A DNA stretch of 64,000 nt from sequence record MH494197.1; one strand, written 5' to 3'. Below are positions 11,912-23,016 of this stretch, one piece after another. Source of the stretch: Escherichia phage CMSTMSU. A program made the translations under genes and the position numbers. The notes under the pieces are model-generated. The model was not told where the DNA came from. It ran no database searches and saw nothing but the letters and a program-made list of their open reading frames with translations. Numbering within the stretch: the stretch's first letter is position 1; the number at the start of each line of letters is the position of its first letter.

Positions 11912-12186
11912 TTCGTAATAGAAACGGTTCTTCCAAAATGTTTCACGATTCTTTTGTTGAATTCAGCTAAATCGAATTTCATCTTACTGTGGAAACGGTC
12001 TATACCATCATGTTCCGCAATGTACTCTAACAGATTATCAATAATCTCAACTTTACCTGAATCATGGTACAACGTAAATGTTTGGTCAAAAACATATATT
12101 TCTCCTTTAAGTTAAACTAACCTAATGGAATGTCATTCTTCCTTTACTACATGTTCTCATGGTTTAATCCTTTTGTCAATATCTAG

Positions 12187-12216
12187 AAAGAAAAATCCCT
12201 GCCAAAAGACAGGGAT
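12187..12216 (-). terminator. terminator-like hairpin
   Basis: TCCCTG-ccaaaaga-CAGGGA stem-loop flanked by A-runs on plus strand. Confidence 0.4.
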
Positions 12217-12317
12217 GAAAAACTGAAATAACACATGGAGTTCTTTTAAATTAATAAAAGTATTATTATTCTTATGAAAGTATTTATCATGAACTCCAGT
12301 TTATTGCTTCAAATGAA

Positions 12318-12505
12318 TCAATAACCTTTTTGTGCTACTAGCTCACGGTATTGAGCACGAGTTAGAACACCTTGTTTACGTAGAGCTTGAAGACCTGTTA
12401 GGGTTTCTGCTTTACGTAGTTCGAAAATACGTTGTTCTTTAGATTGAATAACTTTAACTTTCTTAACTTTTGCTACTGGTTCTTTTTCTTAGGTTGCTTT
12501 GCCAT
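12318..12505 (-). CDS. small basic protein (frameshifted)
   Basis: RBS GGAGA 8 nt upstream of ATG; MAKQPKKKEPVAKVKKVKV...LRKQGVLTRAQYRELVAQKGY after correcting one indel. Confidence 0.3.
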
Positions 12506-12569
12506 GAGTATTTCTCCTTTGTTGTTAACAATATTATTATATCATGTATGGGACGAATGTCCCACATTA

Positions 12570-14010
12570 TTACATATTTTCTTCAGCAAATTCTGCCAGT
12601 GGTGAACGAACAACACCTTCTAGTTCGATTACACGACAACCGTCCCAGTTCTTGAACTTCTCGGTAACATAAGTTAGACCGCTGTTTACTGGACTAATGA
12701 ACTTAGAGTCAATCTGACTCAAGTTACCCATAATAACCACTTTACAGTTCATTCCTGCACGAGTCAAGATTGTTTTGCCTGAGCAGGTGTGATGTTCTGG
12801 AATTCATCAACTACTAGGATAGTATTTGTGAAAGAACGACCACGAACGAAGTTTAGTGCTTTGAACTGGATAACATTGCGTTTCATGATTTCTTCGATAC
12901 TGCCTTGTGGGTTAGCATCATCTTTGTGTAGGAATTCCAACGCATCAATTGCTGCACCACAGAAAGGAATCACTTTCTCTGCTTCAGATCCGGTAAGAAA
13001 CCAATGTCTTCGAATTGGGAATCTTGTGTTTTGGAGAAGATGATACGGTCGTATTTTTCTTCTCTAGTACTAGCTCAGTGCAGTTGCAATAGTGATTAGT
13101 GTTTTACCAGTACCTGCTGAACCTAACAGTACTGTTAGATGAACATCAGGATCTAAAATACTGTTGATTGCTAGTGCTTGCTGAATATTCTTAGCCTTGA
13201 TATCCCACACTTTAGCACGTAAAGCAACTGATTGTCCAACGTCTTGGAATACAAGAATATCTTCTGGTGTTAAAGTACCATCATCTTCTTCAATTGCAGA
13301 TTGACCTTCGTACACAAATAGAACATCAGCATTATCATATAGGTAATCACCGATGCAAATATTTTGTGGCATGATATGTTCAATCAAGCTTTTGGAATGT
13401 AGTGGTACAAACGACGACCAACTTGTTCAGACTGAATAGATACATCAGTCAGATTACTATACACATCCCAGAAATGTAGATCAAGGTGATGTTGACCAAT
13501 GTGAATCAAATCACTATCACCAATCACGATATCATGACGGTAATCTTGAACTTCCACCCCGTAGCTTAGAGCCTTGATACGCATATTGATATCACGGGTA
13601 ACCAGTACTGAATCAGTTGCTAATGCTACTAAAATGATTTTATCATCTGGTACTGTGCTTTTTAGAAGAGTTTGAACTTTCTCTTCGTTACCAGCAGTAC
13701 GAATTAGTGCTTCCGCTTCTTCGCTTGTAATAACAAACAATTTGCTTTCAGGACTCATATTAGTATGAACATCAGCAATATTAACACCAGTACTACTAAT
13801 TTCTTCATGTGATGCATCAGAAAGGATAGCTTCAATGTTACGGATTGCAACACGAGCATCACGGGAAACATCCACATTACGACTTTTGATTGAATCCAAT
13901 TCTTCAAGTACTGTGAACGGTAGAATGATAGCTGCTCCATCAAAAGCAATGGTAGCATTTGGATCAGATAGTAGTACGTTTGTGTCAATTGTATATTTTT
14001 CATAAAACAT
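12570..14010 (-). CDS. phoH: PhoH-like ATPase with N-terminal PIN domain (frameshift-fragmented)
   Basis: Walker A GSAGTGKTLITIAT; PIN-like N-terminus DTNVLLSDP ... TVLEELD; fragments 13384-14010, 13070-13387, 12764-12973, 12570-12767. Confidence 0.8.
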
Positions 14011-14082
14011 CCTTGAGTTATGAGTACATCCTTGTACTCGACTAATGGTTAGTGACTCGAATATTACATGCTCGGTTCGTAT

Positions 14083-14364
14083 TCAACATAACATCTTGAA
14101 CCACGAGCCTTTTCCTCCCAGCATTCCGTAAACTAGTTGACCAATTGATACTGGATCTCTTGATAACCCATTACGAACTTCACCAGTACTGGTTTTATAA
14201 GTAAATGAGCATTTATTTTCATTACATTGACCTAATCCTGTTACAGTCGCTGTATTGTAATGAATATTGTAACGTTTAGTGTTCTCATGATATGAACTGA
14301 ACCATAGAACACCTATACCTAACAGTGTTGTGCAAATAAGACTCTTGATATGTGTTGAAATCAT
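14083..14364 (-). CDS. small secreted/membrane protein
   Basis: 93 aa with N-terminal hydrophobic signal segment and Cys pairs. Confidence 0.4.
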   Translation of the reverse strand: MISTHIKSLICTTLLGIGVLWFSSYHENTKRYNIHYNTATVTGLGQCNENKCSFTYKTSTGEVRNGLSRDPVSIGQLVYGMLGGKGSWFKMLC

Positions 14365-14369
14365 AGTGC

Positions 14370-14678
14370 ATTAAATCCATTAGTTAAGTAAGTTTCAATA
14401 TTAACTTTCCTACTGGATTACTACTATGTACATAGTATTTAAATGGTTCTTTAATATTATGCTCAAACATATAATCAATTAGAAATTTGGCAAAAGTGTA
14501 TCCAGTTTTCTCATCTGTACTCAAGTCACCCAAGTCATGGTCAAATGAGACAAATGCTGGAATTCCATTTTGATTACGTATTCACATGCACTTTCGTAGT
14601 CACGACACAATACCATCTCTTGGTCAGGATAATATTTTGATAATCACGAATATCATCCAAGAACATTGAGTACGACAT
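14370..14678 (-). CDS. hypothetical protein (frameshifted)
   Basis: RBS AGGAG then MSYSMFLDDIRDYQNIILTKRW...; continues in a second frame with FDHDLGD. Confidence 0.3.
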
Positions 14679-14833
14679 TTTAAACTCCTATAGATAGCTG
14701 ATTAGTAAGTTTTCTTTTTGTACAAGATACTCTAATTCTTGTTTCGCAGTTCCGATGAAGTTCTGTGTCATAAGATTATTATATCCTGCTTCTCGATTTT
14801 GTCCCTTCGAATAACGAGAGATGTGACATAAAT

Positions 14834-15238
14834 TTACACCAGCCACCTCTGCACTAGCATGTTTGCCATATGCATAATTATCACGAAGTTTTTAAGTTCA
14901 GCATAAGTCATTTCATAACTATAGCTATGTGAGTGACCCTCTGGAAACAATTCAAGTGATTTTAATGGAGACAGGCGACTTTTGTCAATGATATAGTTCA
15001 TTTCTTCTTGAACTTCACGCTGTAACGCATCTTCTAATGACTTATCAGTACTTTCAACTGTTCCACCACATGCACCCAACAATCCATCCCAACGCACTTG
15101 TAGGAGTACTAAGTTAACCACTGGGATATCATTTAGTTCATAACCAGCGTATGGGGTACATTCTTTTGCATAAAAGAAACAGAATACAAAATTTGCACGT
15201 TTCCCCATTTGCCCCAGTGGTACTTCCGCTTTACTCAT
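14834..15238 (-). CDS. possible Nudix-like hydrolase
   Basis: GGTVESTDKSLEDALQREVQEE resembles a Nudix box but spacing is non-canonical. Confidence 0.3.
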   Translation of the reverse strand: MSKAEVPLGQMGKRANFVFCFFYAKECTPYAGYELNDIPVVNLVLLQVRWDGLLGACGGTVESTDKSLEDALQREVQEEMNYIIDKSRLSPLKSLELFPEGHSHSYSYEMTYAELKNFVIIMHMANMLVQRWLV

Positions 15239-15307
15239 CGCATTCGTTCCTTAATTATAGTTTCAACCTGTGGAATTGCTTTCGTCGCAGGTTTGATGAC
15301 CTTCTCA

Positions 15308-15709
15308 TTAAAAGAAAATCATTATCATTTTTCGGATGTTAACATTTACACTATAGCATGGAAGTGCACCAGCTAGTCTGGACCATACCAGTACTGTATC
15401 ACTACTTCCAATAACTACAACTGTATCATTTTCTGTGAGACTTTTCAACACTTCATTTCGTTCTTCATAAATGGGGAGACGTACCCCATCAACGTAGCGA
15501 TGATACTCACCAATCATCACTACATTTGGTTTTGCAAAAACATCAGCTTTAGGAATATATGGTTCATAACCACAATTAATGACATTGTAATCATCAGTAT
15601 TAATAGAAAAGTTCTCAATTACTTCACATAAATTGCCGTGTAGTTTGAGTTCGGTTCCACCAATTCTAGTATATAGATCATCCATATTAGAAGTCATGTG
15701 TAAAAACAA
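15308..15709 (-). CDS. hypothetical protein
   Basis: 133 aa ORF. Confidence 0.3.
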   Translation of the reverse strand: MFLHMTSNMDDLYTRIGGTELKLHGNLCEVIENFSINTDDYNVINCGYEPYIPKADVFAKPNVVMIGEYHRYVDGVRLPIYEERNEVLKSLTENDTVVVIGSSDTVLVWSRLAGALPCYSVNVNIRKMIMIFF

Positions 15710-15900
15710 TCACCATACAAATCTTCTAATGATTTAATAAAGTAATGCATTTCATTAGGATGACATTCACCTAATTTTACACGCAATGTATTATAAAATG
15801 AATGAACTACATGATACTTAGAACTAAGTCGTGCAATGTTACAAACATCATTAATTTTGAAATTGTCCCACAACCCATCATCAAAGCGGAATGGTTCCAT
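15694..15900 (-). CDS. hypothetical protein
   Basis: 68 aa ORF, may extend upstream by frameshift. Confidence 0.25.
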   Translation of the reverse strand: MEPFRFDDGLWDNFKINDVCNIARLSSKYHVVHSFYNTLRVKLGECHPNEMHYFIKSLEDLYGDCFYT

Positions 15901-16214
15901 CCCGCTCTCAACTGAAAGACCTGCCCTGAAATTATAAGTAATCTTTTGTTCCCAGCATTTTGTATAAATTTATCTGATATCACATTTACTCCTTATATAA
16001 AAAGTATCAAGTTTAATACTAAAAATACAATGATAGCAATATGATAGACATACATCCACTTATTGTGTCCATGTTTATTACCATTCCTGAATTCTCGGTA
16101 TAAACATTTAGTGTGATTGTATAACACCACACAAATAAACACAACTATGAAACAAAAATCCACTCGTAAATTATGTATGCCATCAGATACACTCTCTCTT
16201 TATAATTATTATTC

Positions 16215-16804
16215 TCAGTATTTCAAAATATCAAACTCTGGACTAACACTTGTTACATTATCACTAACAATTTTGAAAATAGACTCAACACGTTCATGTA
16301 ACTGAACATTGGTTTCTTCTTGAACTTCAATATACGCTGACATGGATGCAATTGCATGATAAGTCCCACTTCCGACAGCAGTAATTTGTGTTTTAGGTTG
16401 CAGTACTGAAAAGTCTTCTTGAACTTCATAAATCGTATGATTATGAAGAATAATGAACTGACCACCACCAACATCTTGTGATGCATCACGAGCACCCATT
16501 CATCTTTAAACATTTGACGAATGATAGGAATAACTTTCAGTACTAGATACTGTGAAAAGGTTTCCTGCAACTTGTTCTGGTAGAGTTAGGTTGTAATTCA
16601 ACAACTGTCCCATGCGGAACGAGGTAGTATACCCAACGCCATTACTTCTTTAGTGCGAGAAAGACCATCCTCATTGAGTTTAATGAACTCTTTCTCAAAC
16701 ACTTTAGGCTCAGTTTGAACTGCTTTAGTGAAACCATTGCTTCCTAATTTATCACCAGCGATGAAGGAAGATGTGCCATTTGTGTGAGCGATAATACAAG
16801 TCAT
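16215..16804 (-). CDS. HslV-like Ntn-hydrolase peptidase (frameshift-fragmented)
   Basis: N-terminus MTCIIAHTNGTSSFIAGDKLGSNG parallels HslV [24 protein letters not shown] with Thr2 nucleophile; C-part ITAVGSGTYHAIASMSAY parallels IAIGSGGPYAQAAARAL. Confidence 0.55.
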
Positions 16805-17070
16805 GAAATAACTCCTTGTGCAAAAGTGCCGTATACAACCAGTATATCAGCAACCCTAGTGTAAGTAAACATGCTCCATAAGAAATTGATAGAACATAGT
16901 AAATTCCTGCTTCGAACTTGGATGCAAATTTGTGTGTACTGGAATCCATAAAACCACGTTTGTAGTCTTTATAGATGAAACATGTTAAAACTAATGTAAT
17001 GCAATATACTATAGTTGTTGCATAAAAACAAGAGATGTTAAGTTTTGTAAATTTGTCATAGTTTATACAC
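16752..17070 (-). CDS. predicted membrane protein
   Basis: ORF 16752-16949 with hydrophobic helices, N-terminal extension in another frame. Confidence 0.3.
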
Positions 17071-17150
17071 TCTAGTGTATGTGAACTTATAACAAAGGAT
17101 GTACCACTTTATCATCCTCTTATTATAATATTATTATTTTGTATCTAATA

Positions 17151-17522
17151 CTAATGAATGATACTACCTAATTCGAGCAACTGATCTGGTGTAAGTCTCA
17201 CAACTTCATTACCACGAACCTTACTAACCTCCACTAACAATTCTGGAGGAATACCATTCGCTGCATATAACGCAAATAGAACACCAACCTTAGTTGATAG
17301 CTGTTCAGCAAAAATAGTCATTTGGCGAACTGATATGTATGTGTCATCACTATTTCGTGCTTTACTTTCGATTGACACATTATGTAGACCTAGAATTGAG
17401 TCCTTCATCATGTATCTGTTTTCTATATTAGCACTAAAGAATGCGATAGTGCAAGAAGAATTACAATATCTTTCAACAATAATTGTTAAATTGTTATCAT
17501 TGACAAAATTTCCTAGTGCCAC
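17151..17522 (-). CDS. hypothetical protein
   Basis: 123 aa ORF. Confidence 0.3.
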   Translation of the reverse strand: MALGNFVNDNNLTIIVERYCNSSCTIAFFSANIENRYMMKDSILGLHNVSIESKARNSDDTYISVRQMTIFAEQLSTKVGVLFALYAANGIPPELLVEVSKVRGNEVVRLTPDQLLELGSIIH

Positions 17523-17880
17523 TCCGCATCAAAATCACCACCGTGACGTAATGATGATAGTGTCAAATGGGTGTGTTTCTCTAAAACCATCAAACGGTTT
17601 ACAGTATTTTCAGTTAAAGTTGAAATGAACTGAACTGTCTGTTTAGATTCATCATATCTAATGATACTTTTCTTTCAACACCTGCACTTGCAGGAAAGTT
17701 AATTAAGAAAATAATAATAATAGATTGGATGATTTCTTTACATAATCGTACCACTGGTTAACCCTCTTAGTTGATTGTTGATTACATAAATAATATTATA
17801 GGAAGATTTAACTTAAGTCAAATTGTTTTTATATCACTTCACAAATTCCCTCACAGAATCACCCGCCTTTTTACCTTCTT

Positions 17881-17910
17881 TTGAATGATTATATCACACT
17901 AATGTATAAT
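17881..17910 (+). promoter_or_regulatory. sigma70-like promoter candidate on plus strand
   Basis: TTGAAT - 18 nt - TG TATAAT in a roughly 400 bp gene-free intergenic region. Confidence 0.25.
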
Positions 17911-18003
17911 GTCTATGCTTTTGTCAACAAATAACGTGGTAGTACTGAACTCGTTGTTGGTTCTAAGAGTTTTCCTGAAATTCAAACAAGTTGTGTACTA
18001 ACA

Positions 18004-18030
18004 AAGAAAAAGGAGCCTTATGGCTCTTTT
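18004..18030. terminator. bidirectional terminator-like hairpin
   Basis: GAGCC-ttat-GGCTC stem flanked by A-run upstream and T-run downstream, at the 3' end of minus gene 18035-18295. Confidence 0.5.
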
Positions 18031-18034
18031 TATT

Positions 18035-18295
18035 CTACGTATTAAGTTTCTGACAAATCATGTCAGCTTCAACACGGTCTTTATAATAAATGGTAAAACC
18101 AAATTTACCAGTTACTTTATACTCTTTACAAGTTAAACAATTTACAATGTAGTACTTGTTGTTTTGTGCTGAAAATCGTACTTCATGATTACGCATCACT
18201 GGTGGAGTAGTATTATCATTTAATACCATCATCACTAAGAGTACAAGAATCACAACTGCAAATGGAATACCTAAAATCAAGAAAGTCAAAGTCAC
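18035..18295 (-). CDS. small membrane-anchored protein
   Basis: 86 aa, N-terminal transmembrane helix, GTG start overlapping the cd stop. Confidence 0.4.
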   Translation of the reverse strand: MTLTFLILGIPFAVVILVLLVMMVLNDNTTPPVMRNHEVRFSAQNNKYYIVNCLTCKEYKVTGKFGFTIYYKDRVEADMICQKLNT

Positions 18296-18767
18296 AACCC
18301 CTTATCATAAATGCAATTTACAATAATCCCAGCATCTTCCAGTACTTTAATAGCTTCTGGTGGAGTGCGAGGATAACTTTGTGATAAATCACGCGAGCAA
18401 TACCACTTCCCGCGATCAACTTAGAACAAGTATAGCATGGTTGCAGCGTTGTGTAAAGTGTTGCTCCCTGACGTTCGGTAGGTGAACTGTATAACAATGC
18501 ATTCATTTCAGCATGGATTTCATGGATATTACTCCATTCATGGTGTTCATGCTTTGCGTCATCGCTAACCCAGTCTTGGAAACGTCCACCATTAACTAAG
18601 TGCTCATTAGCGTCACAGCAGTTAGGTTGTTTAGATGGAGTGCCATTATAACCAGTACTCAATACTCGGTTATTTTTAACAATAACACAACCAACTTTCT
18701 GTGAAATGCATTTACTCTCTTCAGCCACGACTTCGGCTATCTTCAACCACGTCAAGTGTTTCATCAT
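18292..18767 (-). CDS. cd: deoxycytidylate (dCMP) deaminase
   Basis: ESKCISQKVGCVI, STGYNG, HAEMNAL and PCYTCSKLI zinc motifs with a T4 Cd-like insert; C-terminus frameshifted. Confidence 0.8.
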
Positions 18768-19085
18768 ATACTCCTAGGGATTGTAATTTGGTTTTACAGT
18801 TCGAATGTATTTTAAGAACACGAAGGTAGTTTAGCACATCTGATTCTTCAATGTCAAATGGTTTCGCTGCATAAACGTCCCATGCTCCCATTAATTCTGT
18901 ACAGAACTTGATATCACCCGAACCCAGCAACTTGTCACGGAATTGTTTAAACTCGATTTCTTCATCGGATAATGAAAACCCAAATCCATAAAGCACATAC
19001 CACCAGCACTGAAGCATGACCCAGATGATGTACCAATTAAAATATCATCCATCCCATATAAGCCGTAAAAATATTGGAGTACCAA
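18721..19085 (-). CDS. hypothetical protein
   Basis: overlapping ORFs 18891-19085 and 18721-19017, probably one gene. Confidence 0.3.
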
Positions 19086-19246
19086 GTACTAAGTTTACTT
19101 CGGTGATGATATTTAAGAACATTCTTCTTGATATTTACATCTAATGAATTAGCTGTTGATATCACTTTTTGGTTAAAATAATAGTTTTGTTCAAATTACT
19201 CAACCATACTTTAGTATCAGTTGGGCTAAGAGCAGTGTATTTCATA

Positions 19247-19612
19247 TTAATCCTCTAAATTCCATTCATCAACCATAGTTGAGCATAATTCCATGTGTCG
19301 GAAATATTTCTCATTAAGTGAATATGGACTCTTATAAAATTGTCTTACATCAGTGAATATATCATAGTTTCTATATATAAATGACATATTTTTATTCATG
19401 AATTCTATAATCTTCCATAACTTTTCTGTATCGTTTTGTATAGTTTCTGCACTCAATCCCGTCAATTTCATTAGACGCTTGATTTTAAAGCCAGACTCTA
19501 TTGACGTATTGTTATGCTTGGTTAAGTAACTATAGCCAATGGAACTATATATTAGTTCAATACTATCAGTACTGGTTATTGTTCCTAGAAATGATTTTAA
19601 ATTTCTATTCAA
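19247..19612 (-). CDS. hypothetical protein
   Basis: 121 aa ORF. Confidence 0.35.
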   Translation of the reverse strand: MNRNLKSFLGTITSTDSIELIYSSIGYSYLTKHNNTSIESGFKIKRLMKLTGLSAETIQNDTEKLWKIIEFMNKNMSFIYRNYDIFTDVRQFYKSPYSLNEKYFRHMELCSTMVDEWNLED

Positions 19613-19881
19613 CCAATACCATTTTTGTTCTTGTTATAGCAAGAATACCACTTTTAACTATAGCTATTGCCTCTGAATTTAAACTTTCGGCAAATTCATC
19701 AATTAAAACATGTGATTGTAAAATAAATCACTTTGATCTTCAGATAATTTATATTGCTGCATATCCACCTACCCTATTAACAATTACACCTTGGGTATTT
19801 ACCTTGTATGGATCAATTTTTGATCAATAATTTTTGATATACAGCAAATAAAATGGGAATCATTAAAGATTCCCTAAGTAA

Positions 19882-20656
19882 TTATTTCTGGAATGGAGTG
19901 TACTGGTACTGCTCACAATCAGATACAGTTAGTACACCTTCATCATAACCGTACTGGAGAATAAGATCAAATGCTTTATCAACCATAGCTACAACGTCTT
20001 TGTAACGAACGATGGTGTGTGCCTGTTTCTCAACTGCTTTCATAATACCCATCAGCATCCAGCGGCCTTCATCAGTGTGAAGTTTAGCAAAACGAGGACG
20101 TTTAGTTGCTGCCATAATGTCAGTCCATTCTGCTTTAAACACTGATGGACGTTTAGGAATATCATACAGAGTTGTTGGGAATGTTACGTTGTTTTTCTTC
20201 ATAGCTTCAGCTTGTGCAGCACGATAACCTTGACGGAATAGTGGGTGCTGTGATTTTAGCTGTTCATTGTTAAAAACTACTTTGTTTTAAACGCGTCATA
20301 ACCTTCTTTGTATTGTGCATTAGACATATTATTCTTTCCCTCGTCAGTACTGATGAATTTTTTATCTGAGAATGTGCCGTGTTCTTGACGCATAGCTTCT
20401 GCGTGTTGAACTGCGTTAATTGGATTAATGTTCTTTTAATAAGAACTTCTTGCATTAATTCGAGAACAATAGAAAAACCATTGAGTACTCGTTCTGCCTC
20501 GTCAACACCTTTCAATTCAATAGCCACTGCACTAATCTGATCTAATGCGGTATTAATAAACTCTGAATCATCTAACACATCATTGACTTCAGTATTATTA
20601 CGTACAAGAACTTTCATATAATCTCCAGAAATAAGATGCCCCAAATGAGGCATCAA
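19882..20656 (-). CDS. hypothetical protein(s) (frameshift-fragmented)
   Basis: ORFs 20270-20656 and 19882-20202 joined by readable sequence in alternative frames. Confidence 0.3.
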
Positions 20657-20668
20657 ATGAAATTCAAA

Positions 20669-21363
20669 TTAGACCCACTCTTCCACGCCACCGCGACGTT
20701 TGACGAGATACTTACCTTCTTCGTTGCGTGGACCAAGGATGATACCATCAATGAAACCATGTTCACCGTATTCGAGTGCTTCTTCAGCGTTCAACCACAA
20801 GTCACGGTCTGCATCTTTCAGTAGTTGTTCGTGCGATACACCAACTGCTTCAGCAATTTCTTTCGTCAATAGTGTGTTCAATGCGTCAGAGTGTTTCAAA
20901 GAAATCTTCTGATCGGTAATCAGACCCTGAGTACCGGAACTCACTTGGTGACACATGAAGTAAGAACGCTTACCACCTAGACGGAAACCTTTAGTTCCAA
21001 CTACTGATTGTGTATAGCAACCCATTGATGCTGCATAACCCATTACTACTGTACGGATAGGAGATACACAAGACTTAGCAATGTCAGCGATACCCAAACC
21101 TGCGTGTACTGAACCACCGGAGAACTAATGTAGAAGGTAATTGGTTCAGAACCCTGAGAATCCAACCACACCAATTGTTGCTTGATGATATGTGCCATTT
21201 GGTCATTGAAGTCAGTATCAAGGAAAATGATACGGTCTTGCATCATACGAGATGCTAGGTCATAAGTACGTTCTGCACCATTAACTTTTTCAACTACATA
21301 AGGAATAGAAATGTTGCGAACTTCACCACCAGCATAACCACCAAAATTGAATTGTTCAACCAT
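20669..21363 (-). CDS. clpP: ClpP-like ATP-dependent protease proteolytic subunit
   Basis: GAERTYDLASRMMQDRIIFL, YISSP and GYAASMGCY match ClpP; a 1-nt deletion near 21100 splits the frame. Confidence 0.8.
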
Positions 21364-21399
21364 TGTTATTTTCCTCTATTGTTTCATTGTTGTGAGTAT

Positions 21400-21805
21400 T
21401 ATATCACAGTGTTCGTATTTGTCTACAAGTTTCTTAAAAATCTAGTAAACCGCAAATTGTATGTTTATTAAACATATCGTGGTCAATCTTTAACAACTTA
21501 ACCATAGCATTATCATACACCGTAGAGTCGGTAATGTCAAACAAAGAATTTGTGTAATAACGTTCATTTTCTACATAAATGTATAAATCATTTGATTTGT
21601 CAAGATCTTCATAGAAGTTAGCATCAAAGTACTCTGCATTTCCATCAATCCAAACCTCAACTGAATCATCATCTAAGCAGTAGTTTCTTGCTTCTTTGAA
21701 TATATTTCCAGCTTTCTGGCTGCACTGGAGTAATGTTTATAACCATTAATCACGTACTTGATTTCATCATTGTACTCAATTATATATACAACAACATTTT
21801 CCATC
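21400..21805 (-). CDS. hypothetical protein (frameshifted)
   Basis: manual translation MENVVVYIIEYNDEIKYVINGYK... continuing in a second frame. Confidence 0.25.
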
Positions 21806-22199
21806 AGTACACTCCTATTGACGCAAGAGCATGAAGAAATTCATATCGTATACCAACTGGGATGTCATCAAAATCAATCTCAATCATTCTTAGTGAATTT
21901 GAAAATTGTTCGTATTTAAAGAACATATTAATTGATAAAGTACTGAATGGTAACACACCACCACGTCTATCATCATTAATTAGAACATACACCTTTCCCA
22001 CAAATGAATCTAAATCGTCTGCTTGTTTTACATCACTGGTGAAGTGATGCCTATCTTTCATCACAGTACCAGTACCATCAGGATTGTAGTATTGGGTTTT
22101 GTCACAAGAGTATAGCATACGCATACCCAATCGTCGAAACATATGACAACTACCCAATATAACAAGCATTTTATCATCAATGTGAAGTGTATGTATCAT
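21804..22199 (-). CDS. hypothetical protein
   Basis: 131 aa ORF. Confidence 0.35.
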   Translation of the reverse strand: MIHTLHIDDKMLVILGSCHMFRRLGMRMLYSCDKTQYYNPDGTGTVMKDRHHFTSDVKQADDLDSFVGKVYVLINDDRRGGVLPFSTLSINMFFKYEQFSNSLRMIEIDFDDIPVGIRYEFLHALASIGVY

Positions 22200-22208
22200 A
22201 ACATTACC

Positions 22209-22997
22209 TTAGATTTCAAATACAAATTTAGGATCGTAATCGAAGTTCTCACATGCACCACTGTAAGATTCATAACCTCTTGGATTACAAATGATACGAG
22301 TTTTCCCAATGTTGTAGTCAAAGCTACTATGAACGTGACCATGAATCCAAACATCAGCACCCAAATCTTCGATGTACTGGTCCATATCAGAACAATAACA
22401 TCCATTCAGTGAGTCATTCTTGTATCTCGGAGATACACTCTGATAACTTGGTGCATGATGTGTTACCACCACAACCTTGAAATCATTATCATTCATTAGA
22501 CGAACTGTGTTAACTGAATTTTTGATAAATTGTTTATCCTGATGATGCATGAACTCAACATCATCAGGTTTGAGCTTACGTTTCCACGGTTCTGATGTTG
22601 TTCCATGACGAATGTGTTTATAATCATTCATCTTTTGTTGAGCATCAAACTTAACCAGTGCGTTGCCTTTATCAAAGTCAGTCCACAGTGTACTACCAAC
22701 CAGCAGTACACCATCCAGCCATACAAATTTGTTTTGTAAAAGATGAAATTTGGAATCTCATCTTGCATATCGGACAGTACTTTATTAGTCTTGTGAATGT
22801 TTGAACCGTAGTACTCATGATTACGGAACCAGTACTACATTCTTGAACTGCTTGCACAGGGATTCGATGCCAGTACGATAACGACTACGTTTAACTTCAT
22901 CAAAATCCCCAGCAATAATCAGTACTGTATCACTGTAATCACCACTATGGAGGTAATCAGTGCCACCGTGTACGTCTGACGTTACAACAAATTTCAT
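22209..22997 (-). CDS. calcineurin-like metallophosphoesterase (frameshift-fragmented)
   Basis: DVHG, GDFD, GNHE, HH and GHVH motifs in order; RBS GGAGG before ATG at 22997. Confidence 0.75.
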
Positions 22998-23016
22998 AAT
23001 TACCTCCTATAAATGA

